Shown: in pieces, positions 11,913 to 26,343 of the stretch
Layout: every line of letters begins with the position of its first letter
Position numbering within the stretch: the first letter of the stretch is position 1
NCBI RefSeq assembly: GCF_001194135.2
Contig: NC_068987.1
Location: forward strand, 72,264,021-72,321,601
Length of the DNA stretch: 57,581 nt
Origin: Octopus bimaculoides
Lineage: Eukaryota
Reading direction: 5' to 3'
The notes under the pieces: model-generated
The model's database searches: none
Told to the model about the DNA's origin: nothing
The model's input: the letters and a program-made list of their open reading frames with translations, nothing else
Translations under genes and position numbers: made by a program

Positions 11913-13856
11913 CCACTTCTCTTTCACTAAGTCTGTCAGAGTATGATCTTAAAAAAGAGAAAAATGAAAATAGAAAAACACTCACACCACACTGCCAGCC
12001 CTTCTTTCCACCACTTATCACATCAATTCTTCTTGCTTAGTACTGCGGCAGCCACCTGGAAGGTCCACTTATTCAACTTTTGTCCTGTACCGATATCATT
12101 ATTTAGAAAGATTTCATTATGGCTGGACTGTTTCAAAAAATCGATACAGGTGCAGGTGTGTGTGGCTGTGTGCCATAAGTGCAGGTGTAGCTGTGGAGTT
12201 AAGCAGCTTGCTTCCCAATTATGTGGTCTTGGGTTCAGTCCCAATGCTTAGCACCTCAGGCAAGTGTCTTCTGCTATAGTTCCAAGCCAATCAAAGTCTT
12301 GTGAGTGGATCTGGTAGACAGAAACCAAAAGAAGTCCGTCATGTACATATATATGTGTGTGTGTGTCTTTGTCTTTGTGTTGTGTTTATACTCCATCACC
12401 GTTTGACAACTAGTGTTGGTTAGTTTATGTCCCTGTAACTTAGCTGTTTGGTAGAAGATACCAGTAGAATAAGTACTGGACTTATAAAGAAAACCCCTTT
12501 AAACCCTTCAAGGTGGTGCCCCAGCATAGCCACAGTCCAATGACTGAAAAAAGTAAAAAAATAAAAGATAAAAACTACTAATGATTGATAATTCAAATTT
12601 GTGTTTTTAGGAGTGGGGTAACTACTGCAAATGAATGCTTTATCATTTTTGAAAACAATTTTCTTTCTTTTTTTAATACTTTATTTTATGAAAGAATGTT
12701 TTATTGTTTTAGAATGTTAAGTCATCACTTAGTTTAAAGTCAAGTGTTTACTAATAATTAAATGTTAATTATTTCCTTTTATTTAACTTTATAACATTCA
12801 AACCAGCCATATCTGGCTAAAATATTCTGCCTCTTCTGTGTTCAAACTGGCCAGATTCAACATTTCATACCTATTCTACTATGTCATAGTAAGAATAAAC
12901 AGTCACATCATTGAAATCTCAAAGTTATGAGATAATGTATGACTAATTCAAGACAATGTAAATAAATAAGCATTAGATTTGACAGAGTTATCTGAATACT
13001 AAAGGGTTAATCATAATTCAAACTATATATATATATCAATAGAAAGATAAATTTTTACTCTTTTCAGTGGTATAAGTTTAATCTTGAAAATTTTGAATTA
13101 ACTTAACATAGTAAATGGCAGTATTAATAATGCCACAATAAAGGAACATCACTTAATTATGAACATTTAAAAAATGTCTGTTGTATAATGTATTTATCTT
13201 CCCACCCTTATATATATAATTTAAATACTTCGATGAACCTTTAATTACTTTTCTTTGGTTGGATGACCTTCCAAACATTAACCACTTTATAGGGTGTACC
13301 AGGTGCATTTTATTCTGGCATTTACACTAGAGGAAATGCCATGTCCTTGGCCAAACTAGGCTTCTTGATGGAGTGTTATCTCTGCTTGTTTGCTAACTAC
13401 TTTACAGAGTGTACTGAGTGCATTTTATATCACCAGCCCTATTGAGATTGCCTTGTACTCTGCAAGACACAAGAGCCTGGCAACCAAGTATGCACAGGGT
13501 AGTTAAACTGACATGCATTCCCACAGTGTATGAGCATTGCTGATCTATAGATCTATGTTATTATAGCTGTTAGTGCTATTTATCATTATCTATTTATTAA
13601 TGTATCTTTCTTGTTATTGTTGATGTACTGTTCCTTGTGAGGAGGGCAAGACAAAATTATATATGTAAAAGTAGAAAGATAAAAACATTATACAATGGAC
13701 ATTTTAAAAATTTGATAAAGGTTAAAATATAAAATAACAAATAGCAAAATGTATAAAATCACAGCAATTAAAACAAAATAAAATTTCGTTTTTATATTTT
13801 GTTTGTGGGAGTCTTGATGTGAAATCACATATTGAAACAGATTTTGTTGTGTCTCA

Positions 13857-14142
13857 GGAGGGTCGTTATGCCAATAACAACCACTCACACTGGTTCTATT
13901 TCACTTCTTTTATTACCATTTGTCAGTTACTTAACCATTTAACTAATTGATTGATTGATTGATTAATCATTCAGTCAATCAATCAGCTAAATTTATCAGT
14001 CCTTTCATCACCGTTTGCAACCACCTTATCAATGATCATTAAAGATTCATCAATCAATAAATTAGTTAATTGGTTGACTAAAAATAATAAAAGAAATGAA
14101 ATAAACCAGTGCATGTGTTTACTATTGGTATAACGACCTTCC
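13857..14142. mobile_element. MITE-like fold-back element
   Basis: About 100-bp imperfect inverted arms: ggtcgttatgccaata...aactaattgattgattg / caatcaataaattagtt...tattggtataacgacc. Confidence 0.65.
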
Positions 14143-14741
14143 CAAATTAACAAAAAAGAAAAAATTTAAACAATAAAAAACACAACTGGGTAAACCATGG
14201 ATGCACTAGTGAATAATCTCCACCTGGGATGTATCAGAGCTTCATGCAACACTGATCCTCTTCTTCTCTCAAGTCTCTGCTTTTCTCATGAGTCTATGAA
14301 CTTGCTCATACCAAAAATGCCCTAAGCACTTTCAGGGTCAGGAGGGGTCAGGGTGACCAAGAAAAGACCCATATCCTAGTTGTATGTATATAAAATTGCT
14401 CTACGTATTTTTCAATGATTTTATTTCCTCATGTTTGCATGAGTCTTTGCTGCTAATAAAAACGCTGCTGCTGCTGCTAACAGTGGATTAATTCGATCAA
14501 TAGTCATATTAAAAGTTGTTTTCACTTTTCATTGTTCTGGAAGCCAATGGACTTTGTGCCTGTGAGGTAACTTGATTGATAAACTAGATTAACATCCTAC
14601 TTAATTAACTTGTAACAATACTAGTTCATTATTACAAATTCTTGTTTGAAACAAATTCCATTGATACAATCTGATCTTTTCCCTTTTCAAATTTTTTTCT
14701 TTCTTTCTTACTTGTGTATGTATATTATCTTTGTTTTGTAG

Positions 14742-14951
14742 TAAAAACATTTCGTAAAGATGAGCGCCGTTACTACGAAGAACTTTTATGCTACAGTCGT
14801 GAACACCTCATGCTTTATCCATACCATCTTTCCGATGTGGTTGTGCGTGGTTTGCGTGTCACACCTTTCTCCTACTATATCGATATCATGTCTTCTATCA
14901 TGACACAAGAAAAAAGTTATGATTCATTACCAAATTTCACTGCTGCAGACT
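14742..14951 (+). CDS. FAM91A1: FAM91A1 coding exon
   Basis: tag|TA...T|gtaagt; KTFRKDERRYYEELLCYSREHLMLYPYHLSDVVVRGLRVTPFSYYIDIMSSIMTQEKSYDSLPNFTAAD(C); 210 nt. Confidence 0.97.
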
Positions 14952-15356
14952 GTAAGTTGACATTTCTTTTGTATACTTTGGTCTCTCTTTGTTCCAAGTT
15001 CAAATTCAGGTTGGGGATGGAAGTCGACTTTGGGTTTCAACTTTCCAGTTTTGATCATATATTATACCTGTAAAATATTGGGGTTGATTTTAATGAAATC
15101 TTCTCCCACAAAATACATGACCTTATAATGAAGTTAGAAATCATGTTTCAGTGAGTGTCATAGAGTAGAATTAAAGCATCTGGTAAACCAAATCCATAAC
15201 CCAATTTTGATTCCACATTGTAGTCATTTCACTTTAGTAATGTTAAGAATAGCATGAATGATATCCCACCTTTTGAAAAACACTTATCCTTAAAAAATGT
15301 TGAGCTTCATGTCCATAGAAATGAAATATAACATGAACAACTATTATTATGATAAA

Positions 15357-15592
15357 GGCGGTGAGCTGGCAGAATCGTTAGCACACCGGGCGAAATGCTT
15401 AGCAGTATTTTGTCTGCCACTATGTTCTGAGTTCAAATTCCGCCGAGGTCGACTTTGTCTTTCATCCTTTCGGAGTCGATTAAATAAGTACCAGTTACAC
15501 ACTGGGGTCAATATAATCGACTTAATCCGTTTGTCTGTCCTTGTTTGTCCCCTCTGTGTGCAGCCCCTTGTGGGCAGTAAAAAAAAAAGAAG
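15357..15592 (+). mobile_element. tRNA-derived SINE (many decayed copies, e.g. 3440-3625, 15610-15790, 22095-22300, 47354-48406)
   Basis: ggtgagctggcagaatcgttag head, gagttcaaattcc B box, gaggtcgactttgtctttcatcctttcgg body, A-rich tail. Confidence 0.85.
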
Positions 15593-16345
15593 AATTATTA
15601 ACATATGGGACAAAATGCTTAGTGACATTTCTTCTCGCTTCATATTCTGAGTTCAAATTCTGCCGAGGTTGACTTAGCTTTTCATCCTTTCATAGGTTGA
15701 TAAAATAAGTACCTGTTAAGAACTGGGGTTGATATCATTGACAAGCCCCCTCCCCAACAAATTTCGGGCTTTGTGACTATAGTATAAAGAATTTTTTATT
15801 AAGATAATGAATTGTAGAATTGGTAGAACAACAGAGAAAATGCTTTGTCATGTTTAATTGCATACCTTTACATTCTGAGTTAATATTCTAACTAAATTGA
15901 TTTTTGTCTGTCATGTTTTCATGGTTGATATAATAAAGTACTCCTCTTCCAAATCTGAGACCTATGTTAGGAATCATTATTATAAAGAAATCAATATTTC
16001 TATAAATCAAGAGTTTTCTGCCTATCTTGCAAAAACAGTAATCTTCATTTATTTCTCATCTGAGAACCTGAATGAATAATAATTGGAAGAGAGGACTTTA
16101 TGTAGTCAGTTTTTGTTTGTTTGAATTGTTGCAGGTTGTGAAGTTAGAGTGAAAAAGGTAGATGGGAAAGATGTAGGAAAACTTGATTCAGCTCTGGCAA
16201 AATGTTTATTTGAAATCAGAGGGACAACAAGAGTTCAGTGAGAAACTAGGGGCTGGGTGAGTGCATGAGGGAACATTAATGGATTTATGTTTGTCTATCA
16301 CTCATTTACTTATTGCATGTTTTAAATTGTATATTCTATTTCTAG

Positions 16346-16413
16346 GTCTACGTCTTCTTGGAATTGGTAGGAATCAATATATAGACCTAATGAATCAGAA
16401 CAGATCTAGTAAA
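16346..16413 (+). CDS. FAM91A1: FAM91A1 coding exon
   Basis: tag|GT...AAA|gtaagt; LRLLGIGRNQYIDLMNQNRSSK; 68 nt. Confidence 0.97.
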
Positions 16414-17339
16414 GTAAGTTTTTTTATTATTTTTTGTTATGGCAGTTTTAATGTCATGTTTCACTGCCAACGTGGGTGATGGAGTGGCCTCTTAAATTTG
16501 AAATTTACATTAACCCTTTTGTTATCAAACTTCTGTTGAAATACACTGCCTTTGTTTCAGTAAATTTTGAAAATAGTGACTTATTTTCTTTTATATCCTC
16601 ATCATTACTTAGCTGGTGTTCTTAGAATATAGATCCATATAGAATTTAGTGGAAGATTTCTAGATCATTTTTAAAATGGAGAATTTGTATCATTGAACTA
16701 GGAGCAATATCAAAGGGTTTAAATGTTAGGATCAACTTTTTTTTTTTTGTTTTCTTTACAGACAGAAATTGCAAGCTTAAAGTTTTCTAAAGATGTTATG
16801 TTATGCATTTAAGCAAAAATACATTAGATTTCTCTTCTTGTTCCATCCAGACAATGTAATAGGAAATATGAGTACCACTTTCACTTTACCGGCAAGAAGT
16901 GGTGGATTTGAAATTCTCTTACTTTAAGGATTTGTGTTAATATTATGTTTGCAGAAACATTATTCCTTGATGTGTTAGCTCCAGGATACTCTAACTAAAG
17001 TATAGTGCATGCTGGTTTTAATAGAGACACTTTCCTGCCCAGGCCCTTTACTGTCATGATATATGGTCTTTGGCATTTTAATAATCCTGTAATGATATAG
17101 AATGCAAGGTCATAGAGGCTTGGCATACCAGCAGTTTAAAGTCACAAACTTACACACAGGCAGTTTAGGACTTTGTTCAATTTCTCTCTGAACTAAGGCA
17201 GTAGAAGAATTACACAGTATGCTGTGTGCTCTCTTGCAGTGTTCTACTAAACTGTCAATTTGCTCTCACAACTTCTTATTTTGCTCATAATTGTATACAA
17301 ATTAACCATAATAAAATCTTGCTGTCTTTAAAACAGCTA

Positions 17340-17499
17340 GCAGGAGTGGCTGTGTGGTAAGAAATTTGCTTCCCAACCACATGGTTCTGGGTTCAGTCCC
17401 ACTACGTGGCACCTTAGGCAAGTATCTTCTATTATAGCCTCAGGCCGACCAAAGCCTTGTGAGTGATTTGGTAGACGGAAACTGAAAGAAGCCTGTCGT

Positions 17500-17545
<46 letters not shown>

Positions 17546-17743
17546 GTGTCTGTGTTTGTCCCCCCACCATTGCTTGACACCGATGTTGGTGTGTTTACAT
17601 CCCTGTAACTTAGCAGTTCAGCAAAAGAGACCAATAGAATAAGTACCAGGCTTACAAAGAATAAGTCCTCAGGTTGATTTGTCCGACTAAAGGCGGTGTT
17701 TTAGCATGGCTACAGTCAAATGACTGAAACAAGTAAAAGAATA
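17340..17743 (+). mobile_element. tRNA-derived SINE with internal (TA)n (copies 12181-12573 +, 31180-31600 +, 33650-33920 +, 39770-39910 -, 50930-51245 -)
   Basis: gcaggagtggctgtgtggtaag head, gggttcagtccc B box, ggcaagt..cttct body, tgactgaaacaagtaaaaga tail. Confidence 0.85.
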
Positions 17744-18449
17744 TGTTTTAAACTTTAACTACTTGGATAGTATATCTATAAAAACCAACAGAATAGGCAT
17801 AGGTAGAATGATGAAGTCTTCAAATTACTATATTTGTATTAGCAGAGGTGGTCAGTAGCCACTATTTTAAAATAACAATCCAATAAAGGAGTATGTATCT
17901 AGTTACTTGACTTGTTGAGTCTAGTAACTAGATATTGCATAATGTTTTTTAAATGGTGACCTCCTGCTTTAAGTCCTACCTCCTTAAACTGTATACCTAG
18001 AAAAAGCTTGAGATAACCAGAGATTGGACATTAACCATACAATGAAACTTAATACTCCCCAATGTACTGTATAGGCACTTATATATTTGGTATTTTGAGC
18101 CTATTGATATTGGTCCCGAGATTTCAGTTGACTATCTCTAAATCCACGGCCTCTTCAACCAATATTTAGTATGGATACTAAACAAGTTACAACATCTGGC
18201 AAGTTTTTAAACATCAAATGTTTCTATATTAAGGCTAACTGTAGTCTGTTGTTGATATATAGTTTGTTCTTTTACATACGATAGTGACTCATTACAGCTA
18301 ACCTCCAGAAGATAGTGGGTAAACTAAAGAAAATATAAATATTGATTTCTTTGGACTAGACACAAAGCCAGTTGTTGTAGTGAGGTATGTGTGATCATAG
18401 TATATTACTGGTAAGGAATATTCATTGTTGTATTTTTTATTTCTCTTAG

Positions 18450-18566
18450 AAATTCTTCCGCAGAAAACCAGTACGTGAGCTATTACCTATGCAACCTGTA
18501 GACTCAGTATCGGCTGACCATTGGTGGATTGTCAATATCGGTTACATCACAGAAGATGATATCAAG
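18450..18566 (+). CDS. FAM91A1: FAM91A1 coding exon
   Basis: tag|AAA...AAG|gtaatg; KFFRRKPVRELLPMQPVDSVSADHWWIVNIGYITEDDIK; 117 nt. Confidence 0.96.
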
Positions 18567-19390
18567 GTAATGTTACTAAATTTAGCGCTTGCTATATATA
18601 ATTCAGCCCCACAGTTATTCCCCTTTTCTCTCTCTTTCTGTCTTTCTCAATACATGCGTCTGCATGTGTATACGTGTCTGTATATGGTGGGAATTCTTTG
18701 TATGCAAGGAATGTAAAATATACCCAGAGTATGATTGGTTTTAATGTGGAATAAGCTGTTGTACAGCCCAGCCGTTATAGGCAGATCCAAATGCAAAGGT
18801 GATCAAGTCTACTAGTGTTACCGCCTCTATATTTATTATTGATATCTAGGTGAATTGAGGAAATCATCATCATCATCATCGTTTAACGTCCGCTTTCCAT
18901 GCTAGCATGGGTTGGACGATTTGACTGAGGACTGGTGAAACCAGATGGCTACACCAGGCTCCAATCTGATTTGGCAGAGTTTCTACAGCTGGATGCCTTT
19001 CCTAACACCAACCACTCAAAGTGTAGTGGGTACTTTTACGTGTCACCTGCACGAAGGCCAGTCAGGCGGTACTGGCAACGGCCATGTGGAATGAAAATCT
19101 TTTGGATTGGAACAGTTAAGCACCAATAGATGCTTTAAAAATGTATGTAACACTTTAAACAAAAATGCTATCTTAACTATGCAGCAAAATGTTTTTTTTC
19201 CTAAAGTTGAAACTTCACTTGGACAAAATTTGTCTTTCACCCTATTAAGGATCATTAAAAGAATTAGCACTTTTTTACAAGAGCTGATTTAATGAGGTAT
19301 AACCACTCCTTTTAAATTTATTCTTTTGTAGGACATTATTATTGTTGTTTTATTTATTAATATACCATTTCTCTGTTTGGTCTCTTGTAG

Positions 19391-19481
19391 ATGTGCCATG
19401 TTGCTGAGAAGGAAGCAATCGACAAAGTCATTGACTACGGGCCACAGCTAGCAAATGATGTTGATTACAAAGTCTTACATG
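19391..19481 (+). CDS. FAM91A1: FAM91A1 coding exon
   Basis: tag|ATG...G|gtatgt; MCHVAEKEAIDKVIDYGPQLANDVDYKVLH(G); 91 nt. Confidence 0.94.
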
Positions 19482-20962
19482 GTATGTTACTTTCCTTCTG
19501 AATTTTTCTACAATTCCTAATTTACTTTACATTAATGAGATATAATGGTTGTAGATTAGTTCTTGAAGAGGAAATAAGAGTAAAAAAGGAGTTGAAAATA
19601 TGTTAATGCTTTGCCTGTCCAAGGCATTTTCATAAGTTTATCCTAAACATCCATGTTTGTTTTCAGACTTTTGAGACAGCCCTTGTTTCAGAAGTTCTGA
19701 GTAATGTAAAGCTTTCCTTTTATAAGTCCCAAGTTTCTCTAGCTGTTGGAAAAAAAAAAACTGGAAATGTATATTATATATGATGCTGTGATACCAGGAA
19801 AATATATTCTGTGTATCACATCTGGTACACAGGACAGCCAACAGGTTAAGAGGAAGAAAGATTCAACTTCGACTAATCTACATCTGCTAATTTTATACTA
19901 GATCCACCCAATCCTGTAATGTTCATAATGCTTATGGTGTTAGATTTATTGTTATAGATCTATAAAGTTACATGAATAACAAAAGGGCCATGACTTTTGT
20001 GATTTGAAAAGAAGATTTGATATCATCAGAGGTTGTCAATATGATCACATATATCATTATGCTGGACAAATTTTGTGGTTTTGCATGTGGAATTGCTAAA
20101 AACATCTCAGTGTGATTAATATGGGTTTTAAGAACAAATACATAAGTTATAAAATTTAATTTATTCTAGATACTCATGTAAATGTGAATGGACTTTTTTT
20201 AAAATAAATTTTTGAATGTTAGTGGGCTATGAATGACAGATTCATTTTCTGTAGCTGATGAAATATAACATGGCAGGAATATATATAATGGAGTCTGATG
20301 ATGCCATTCATAACCCTACTTGGTGTGATTTCACACACATTGTCCATCAGGAGGAGTTCTCTTCTGAGACAGTTACTGCAGTGAAGCTCTTTCTATGTTT
20401 GAGTGTACACAAAAAACATTAATTATTAAAATGAATAATAAATTCAGAGTCAATAAATTTGGATGTATCTGAAAATTAAATATTAATGTACACATCTTTA
20501 TTTTACTTATAATTAACCCTTTAGCATTCAGATTACTCTGTCAAATATAATGCTTATGTATTCATATTGTTTTGAATTAATCATGCATTATCTTGTAGCT
20601 TTGAGATTTCAGTGATGTGATCATTTATTTCTAGAATGACATTGTAGGGTAGGTGTGAGAGGCTGGGTCTAGTAGGTTTGCTTGTAAAACAGATAGAATA
20701 TTTTGGGTTGGATATGGCCAGTTTAAATGCTAAACTTTTTATTATAATTTCATGTTAGATTCTTTTGTTTTGCTATGTTCCAAACACCAGCTCAGGACAC
20801 AAGTAAATAAGTAGTTTATCATCTCATTAAATTCTTCTAAATTCTAATTTTTTGAAAAAAAAAAAAAAAGAGAAAAGAAATTAATTGAAATGTGTTGTGT
20901 ATTTCATTATTAAATATTGTTACAAAAATTGTTTAAGATCTTATTATGCCTTCATTCTGCAG

Positions 20963-21025
20963 GTTTGTATCGTAAAGGTTTGGTCTACTTAGATGTGCCC
21001 ATTGCTGATGATGACTGTATTGTTG
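20963..21025 (+). CDS. FAM91A1: FAM91A1 coding exon
   Basis: cag|GT...G|gtaagt; LYRKGLVYLDVPIADDDCIV(V); 63 nt. Confidence 0.95.
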
Positions 21026-21926
21026 GTAAGTTATTCTATTGAAGTCTAGTTGGTTACAAATGTACTTCTGTCCTTCTTTACATTGATAACCTCTTCTGAC
21101 CTCTCTCGTCACCTTCACTTTCCACTTGTCGACATCTTTTTTAGTCAATGTGGCATACACTTCTTTGTCACTCAAATACTAAAAATAGAAGCCAAATCTC
21201 TCTCACATTATATCTTACTGTTCTTAAAAGCAGTACCTTGATAAATGTAATAGTAGGTGTAGTGTGCCAAAAGAAAAGACAGAATTGTCATAGTCATAAC
21301 TTGAATGCCTGTGATCATAAATCTGCTCAGTCAGGGCTTTCCTGGGGCTAAACAGCAACAACTTGTAGACATGTCTTTTAGCTTATAGGTCTTCTACATG
21401 GTCACTGCTAAAAATAGCAGCCAAATCATCAACAAATGATATGCTATGCTCTAAAGAAAAGAGACATAAAATGGTGTAGTCTTGGAAACATTCAGTCTAA
21501 AAAGAAGGGCATCCAGCTGTAGAAATCAAGCCAAAACAGACTATGAAACCTAATGTGGCCCTTGGCCTCACCGTTTCCTATCAAGCCTTCCAACCCATGC
21601 CAGTATGGAAAATGGATGTTAAATAATGATGATGATGAACTCCATTCACAAAGCTTTGGTCAGCCTGTGGCTATAGTAGAAAACATTCACCCAAGGTGCT
21701 GCACAGTGAGACTGAACCCAAGACTACATGGTTGGGAAGTAAGCTTCTTAACCACACAACTATGCCTGTGCCTGTCCATGTCCGAAATTCATAAAACATA
21801 CATTTGAATTTAAGATTCTATCCTTCACTTATAACTGTTCCATTCACTGTTGGTCTATAGTTGCTACATGTGTATTTACAATTATTCTATCATTACATGG
21901 TACATTCTGACCTTCTCTCTTTACAG

Positions 21927-22033
21927 TTCCTCCTCTACAAGGATTTGTCATGAACCGAGTGCTTGGAGATTATTTTGAGACATTACTGTACAAAATATTT
22001 GTATCCATTGATGAACACACAACAGTGGCTGAG
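21927..22033 (+). CDS. FAM91A1: FAM91A1 coding exon
   Basis: cag|TT...GAG|gtgaga; [35 protein letters not shown]; 107 nt. Confidence 0.97.
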
Positions 22034-22550
22034 GTGAGAATGTTGACTATTTTATTTAAATTATGATTCTCTTGACGCGTGTGCATAATTTAAAGTGGTG
22101 AGCTGGCGGAATTGTTACCACGTTGGGTAAAATGCTTAGCAGCATTTCATCTGTCTTTATGTTCTGAGTTCAAATTCTACTGAGGTTGACTTTGCCCTTC
22201 TTGGGGTTGATAAAATAGTACCAATTGAGCACTGGGGTTGATGCAATCAACTTACTCTGTACCCCGAATTTGCTGGCCCTGTGCCAAAATTTGAAATCGA
22301 TGTGTGTGTATAATTTGGTTAGTTAAATGTTGAGCTTGTATATGTAAAAACCGTGTGGAGTGTGTGTTTGTGTGTCTGCAGGTGATGTGTGATTGTGTTT
22401 AATTGCATATGCTGGTGAGCTTGTTAGATTGTGATGTTTATGATGATAGATGTGTTGATGATGTTGTTGATGATATTTAAGTAGCAAAATTGAATAATGT
22501 GTTAATGGTAGTGGTAATAATGATAATGATATTCTTTTCTTATTTCACAG

Positions 22551-22589
22551 CTGGCTAGCATTTTGGAGATTGACTTACAATTAGTTAAG
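22551..22589 (+). CDS. FAM91A1: FAM91A1 short coding exon (39 nt)
   Basis: cag|CTG...AAG|gtaaac; LASILEIDLQLVK. Confidence 0.93.
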
Positions 22590-24528
22590 GTAAACTCTTT
22601 CTTTTCCTTTCTGTCTTTTTATTTATTTCTTGTTTCTTCTCATGCATTTTCTTGTTATTTTTCTGTATTTCTAGAGTGAAATGAATTTATTGCACTATCT
22701 GATCTTAAAAATTATATGTAAAATAACAAAACAACAGAGTCATACAAGAACTCTCAAGTCATCACCCAATACAAAACATAGTCTTTGCTAGGTGTAGCCC
22801 ATACCTTACTCATGATGTGAGCTGTGTAATGTAGGCTGTGCAGTTAAATAGTATAACTCACTTTACCCTCTCTGCACACAACACCCTATACAATTAAATA
22901 AAACAAATTGCATTCAATGAAATAATACAACTTGCATAACACATACTCTAGAGGATTAACACTGCACATGATGCATACTCTATACATACTCTACATAATC
23001 ACCATCCAATTAAAGAACACAAAACATACTCTACACAGTACTGTCTTAAGATATAGGCACACTGGACAGTTGTCAAAGCCCACATGGGTCTAGGGGCCCA
23101 ATTCTGATCCATGTATGCTGTGGCTTACTGTCAATAAATACACACAATTGGACCCAGAGGTGTGACTTGCTCATGAGCCTATGCTACTGAAAAGATGGCT
23201 CTGATTTGACGTGTTTAACTCCAGGTCAGCTTTGATCAGTCTTATGATCAAAGACATTCCAAGCATGATCATCCAGTATTAAATTTATTAGACTTAATAT
23301 TTATATCTCATCCACATTATTTAATGTGTTTTCAGACAGTATGATTTGAAGGAGATTTGACGACTATTTCTGTCAAATCAAGCAACAACAAAGAGACTTC
23401 CTCATTAGTTAGTGATAGTGATGTGTGTAAATACTGCCATAGTTTCAACTGATAATAAAGCAAAGATTCTCCAGGAACCCTGACTTACCAACAACCGTAA
23501 AGAATCTTTTTATTAGTAAAATATTCTAGATTTAGTTGAGGAACTGAAATAAGCTTGTGTGATGTTCATGTGTTTTGTCAAAAATATTTGGCATGGTAAC
23601 CAGATTTCATTTCCTGGTTCCAATGAGAAACTGAAATTAAACTGCTTATAAGGCTTACATGAAGCTTATCACCAATCCTAAAATGATAGACAGTTAATAA
23701 TTGCGTATTGGTTTCTTGGCTGTAAGAAAGGGTGGGCGAAATTGAAAATTTTTATGTGCTGGCACCATGTAAAAAGCATTCATGCCAGCCCCACATAAAA
23801 AGCACCTGTGCCAGCCCCACATAAAAAGCACTCATGCTGGCACCACATAAAAGCACCCATACTGGTGTCATGTGAAAAGAACCCTGCACACTCTGTAAAG
23901 TGATTGGCATTAGGAAGGGAAACCATGCCAAAACAGACAAATGGAGTCTGACCAGCTGGAGAGTTGGTCAGGTCCTGTCAAACTATCCAACCCATACCGG
24001 ACATTAAATGATGATGATGAAGAGGATGATGATGATGATGAAGAGGATGATGATGATGATGATTCCTTTACCCTTGTTACATGTAAGTAAAGGGATTTTA
24101 TATTAATCAAATAATGATATTGGAATGTGAGCCACAAATTTCCAGCAGGCTTACATTTCTATATTGTATTCTTCAGTATGGTTCATGATATTCTTAACTA
24201 TCATATTATAGGTCAAAACACTGCATAAGGAATAAGAAATGTTAATAATATTAGACCATTATTGGCATTAGTCTGAGGGATGAAAGAGTAAGAGGCTTGT
24301 TAGCAGAACTGATAATCAAAAGTATCTTATTTTCAGATATACCTACATTATCTAATCTATTATCTATCTTTTTTAAAACAGTAAGGTGTGACTTGAGGGA
24401 AACTTGGCTGCCATTTCTAGCAGGTTAATGATAACACGATCTTCCTCATTAACTCACTATTATTGTATTTCTATATATTTTCTCTCTGTTCACTTCTCTT
24501 TGCAAACAATATTTTATATTTGTTGTAG

Positions 24529-24638
24529 AATGCAGTTTCCATGTTCTGTCGTTTGGGTTTTGCCCACAAGAAAATAAATGACCTCAACTTAGATGACCTA
24601 CACTCATCTTGGAGAGCTCGACAAACGTTAACTAAAAA
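24529..24638 (+). CDS. FAM91A1: FAM91A1 coding exon
   Basis: tag|AAT...AA|gtaagt; NAVSMFCRLGFAHKKINDLNLDDLHSSWRARQTLTK(K); 110 nt. Confidence 0.96.
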
Positions 24639-26223
24639 GTAAGTTTATGGAAGTGAATCATCTTGGCTTCCTTAAGCACAAGATTTTTCTATAAGTGTAA
24701 CCGTTGTAGTCATCATAGTCATTCTTATAGAAAGGGACAATTGGGTGCAGCTGTATGGACACAGGTGATTTGGTATGGCTAACTGAGTATTCAACCTGTA
24801 TTGATAACAATACTTTTTGGCACTGGAGACAAACACATATACACACACATATGCGCACGCATGCAGGCATATACACATAGAGCCAGGGGACTCCTAAGCG
24901 ATCAATATCGACCCCTGGGGATCGATGGGACTATTCAAGGGGTTGTTAAATGTGCATCAACTTTATTATTATTATTATTTATTTATTTTCTCATACATGC
25001 CTGGGGGTTGATGAGGAGTCAAGGATTCCATGAAGAGGTCGATGGTGTAAAAAGATTGGGGACCCCTGCCTTATACACATAGAAATATGTTCACATATAT
25101 TTTCATATATAAACAGAGAGAGAGAGAGAAAGAAATATTGGTTTTAAATTTTGGCACAAGGCCAGCAATTTCGGTGTAAGGGTAAATTGATTGCATTGAC
25201 TCCCAGTCTGGTAATATTGACCCTGGAAGGATGAAAGGCAGTTATCTCTCCCTCTCCCCTGAATCACCTCCTATTGACTCACCCTTATGTACTTCTGACA
25301 AGCTCCAATCCTATTACCATACTTCTCTCACTCTCTCCACATGTTCTTGCTACCTTTACTCACCTTATCTGTCATTGCTCTCCTATCTACTGTATTATTA
25401 TTATTCTGCTCCACTTCACCCTTTGACCATGGCAGCATTTGAACTCAGAATGTAAAGCTAGAAGCAGTGCCACTAAGCAATTTTTCCTGCACGGTAATGA
25501 TTCTACTAGCTTGTCACCTTAAGAGAGAGAAATATTAAAACAAGTGAAACATTAAAATGTCTGATGTCCAATAAGTTGGCATTGAATCAGCGATGCCAAA
25601 TAGGTGAGGCCAAAATAGCTGTCAAAACATCTTCTACCTTCTTTCTTAACATCATCTCTCTTATGTTTTCCATTGATCACCCTTTCTGTGTTATCCTTTA
25701 TCTCTCCCTCTCCCTGTAACCTTATTGACTCACCCCTATAAGTTCCAATCTTATTACCATACATCTCTCACTCTCCCCACGTGTTATTGCCACCTTTACT
25801 CACCTTATCTGTCATTCCTCTCCTATCTACTGTATTATTATTATTCCACTCCACTTCAACCTTTGTGTACTGCTAGCCTGTTTGTTCAGGGTAGCATGAC
25901 CAATAATGTAGGTAGGAGAGAGGGTGATTGCTGCAGATGGGCTAGGGTAAGAAAGGGAGAAGAGGGAGAGCATGATGGAAGAGAAAGGAGACATGGGGGA
26001 GATAGTGCTCGAGAAATAAGGAGTAGTAGTAAAGGGAGGCTACAGAGATAGACATATAGTTGTGACAGAGTAAATAGGGTAAAGATCCCCTTTGGTCATG
26101 AATGACCATAAGATTGTACCTAGAAAGTTACCCTCCGAGACACAAGTCCGAGCAAGGTTGTTTATGGAAGACCAGCAGTCGCCCATGCATACCAGCTTCC
26201 CACTCTCTACACCATTTCTACAG

Positions 26224-26343
26224 TTATGACTCAGTGGTTAGAGTATTGAGCTCACAATCATGAGGTAGTGAGTTCGATTCCAGGACCAGGTTGTGTGTTG
26301 TGTTCTTGAGCAAGACACTTTATTTCACGTAGCTCCAATTCAC
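26224..26343 (+). mobile_element. Truncated tRNA-derived SINE head about 100 nt upstream of an exon
   Basis: tgactcagtggttagag A box, gagttcgattcc B box, followed by ttgagcaagacacttta SINE body rather than a tRNA acceptor stem. Confidence 0.7.

Noticed and set aside
11233-11946. 237-aa ORF as a host gene
   Set aside because: Chimera of an antisense SINE-like repeat and a truncated RTE LINE fragment
24884-25068. hAT-like MITE with TSD
   Set aside because: Ends resemble cagggg.../...cccctg but flanking 8-mers match only 3 of 8; too decayed to call
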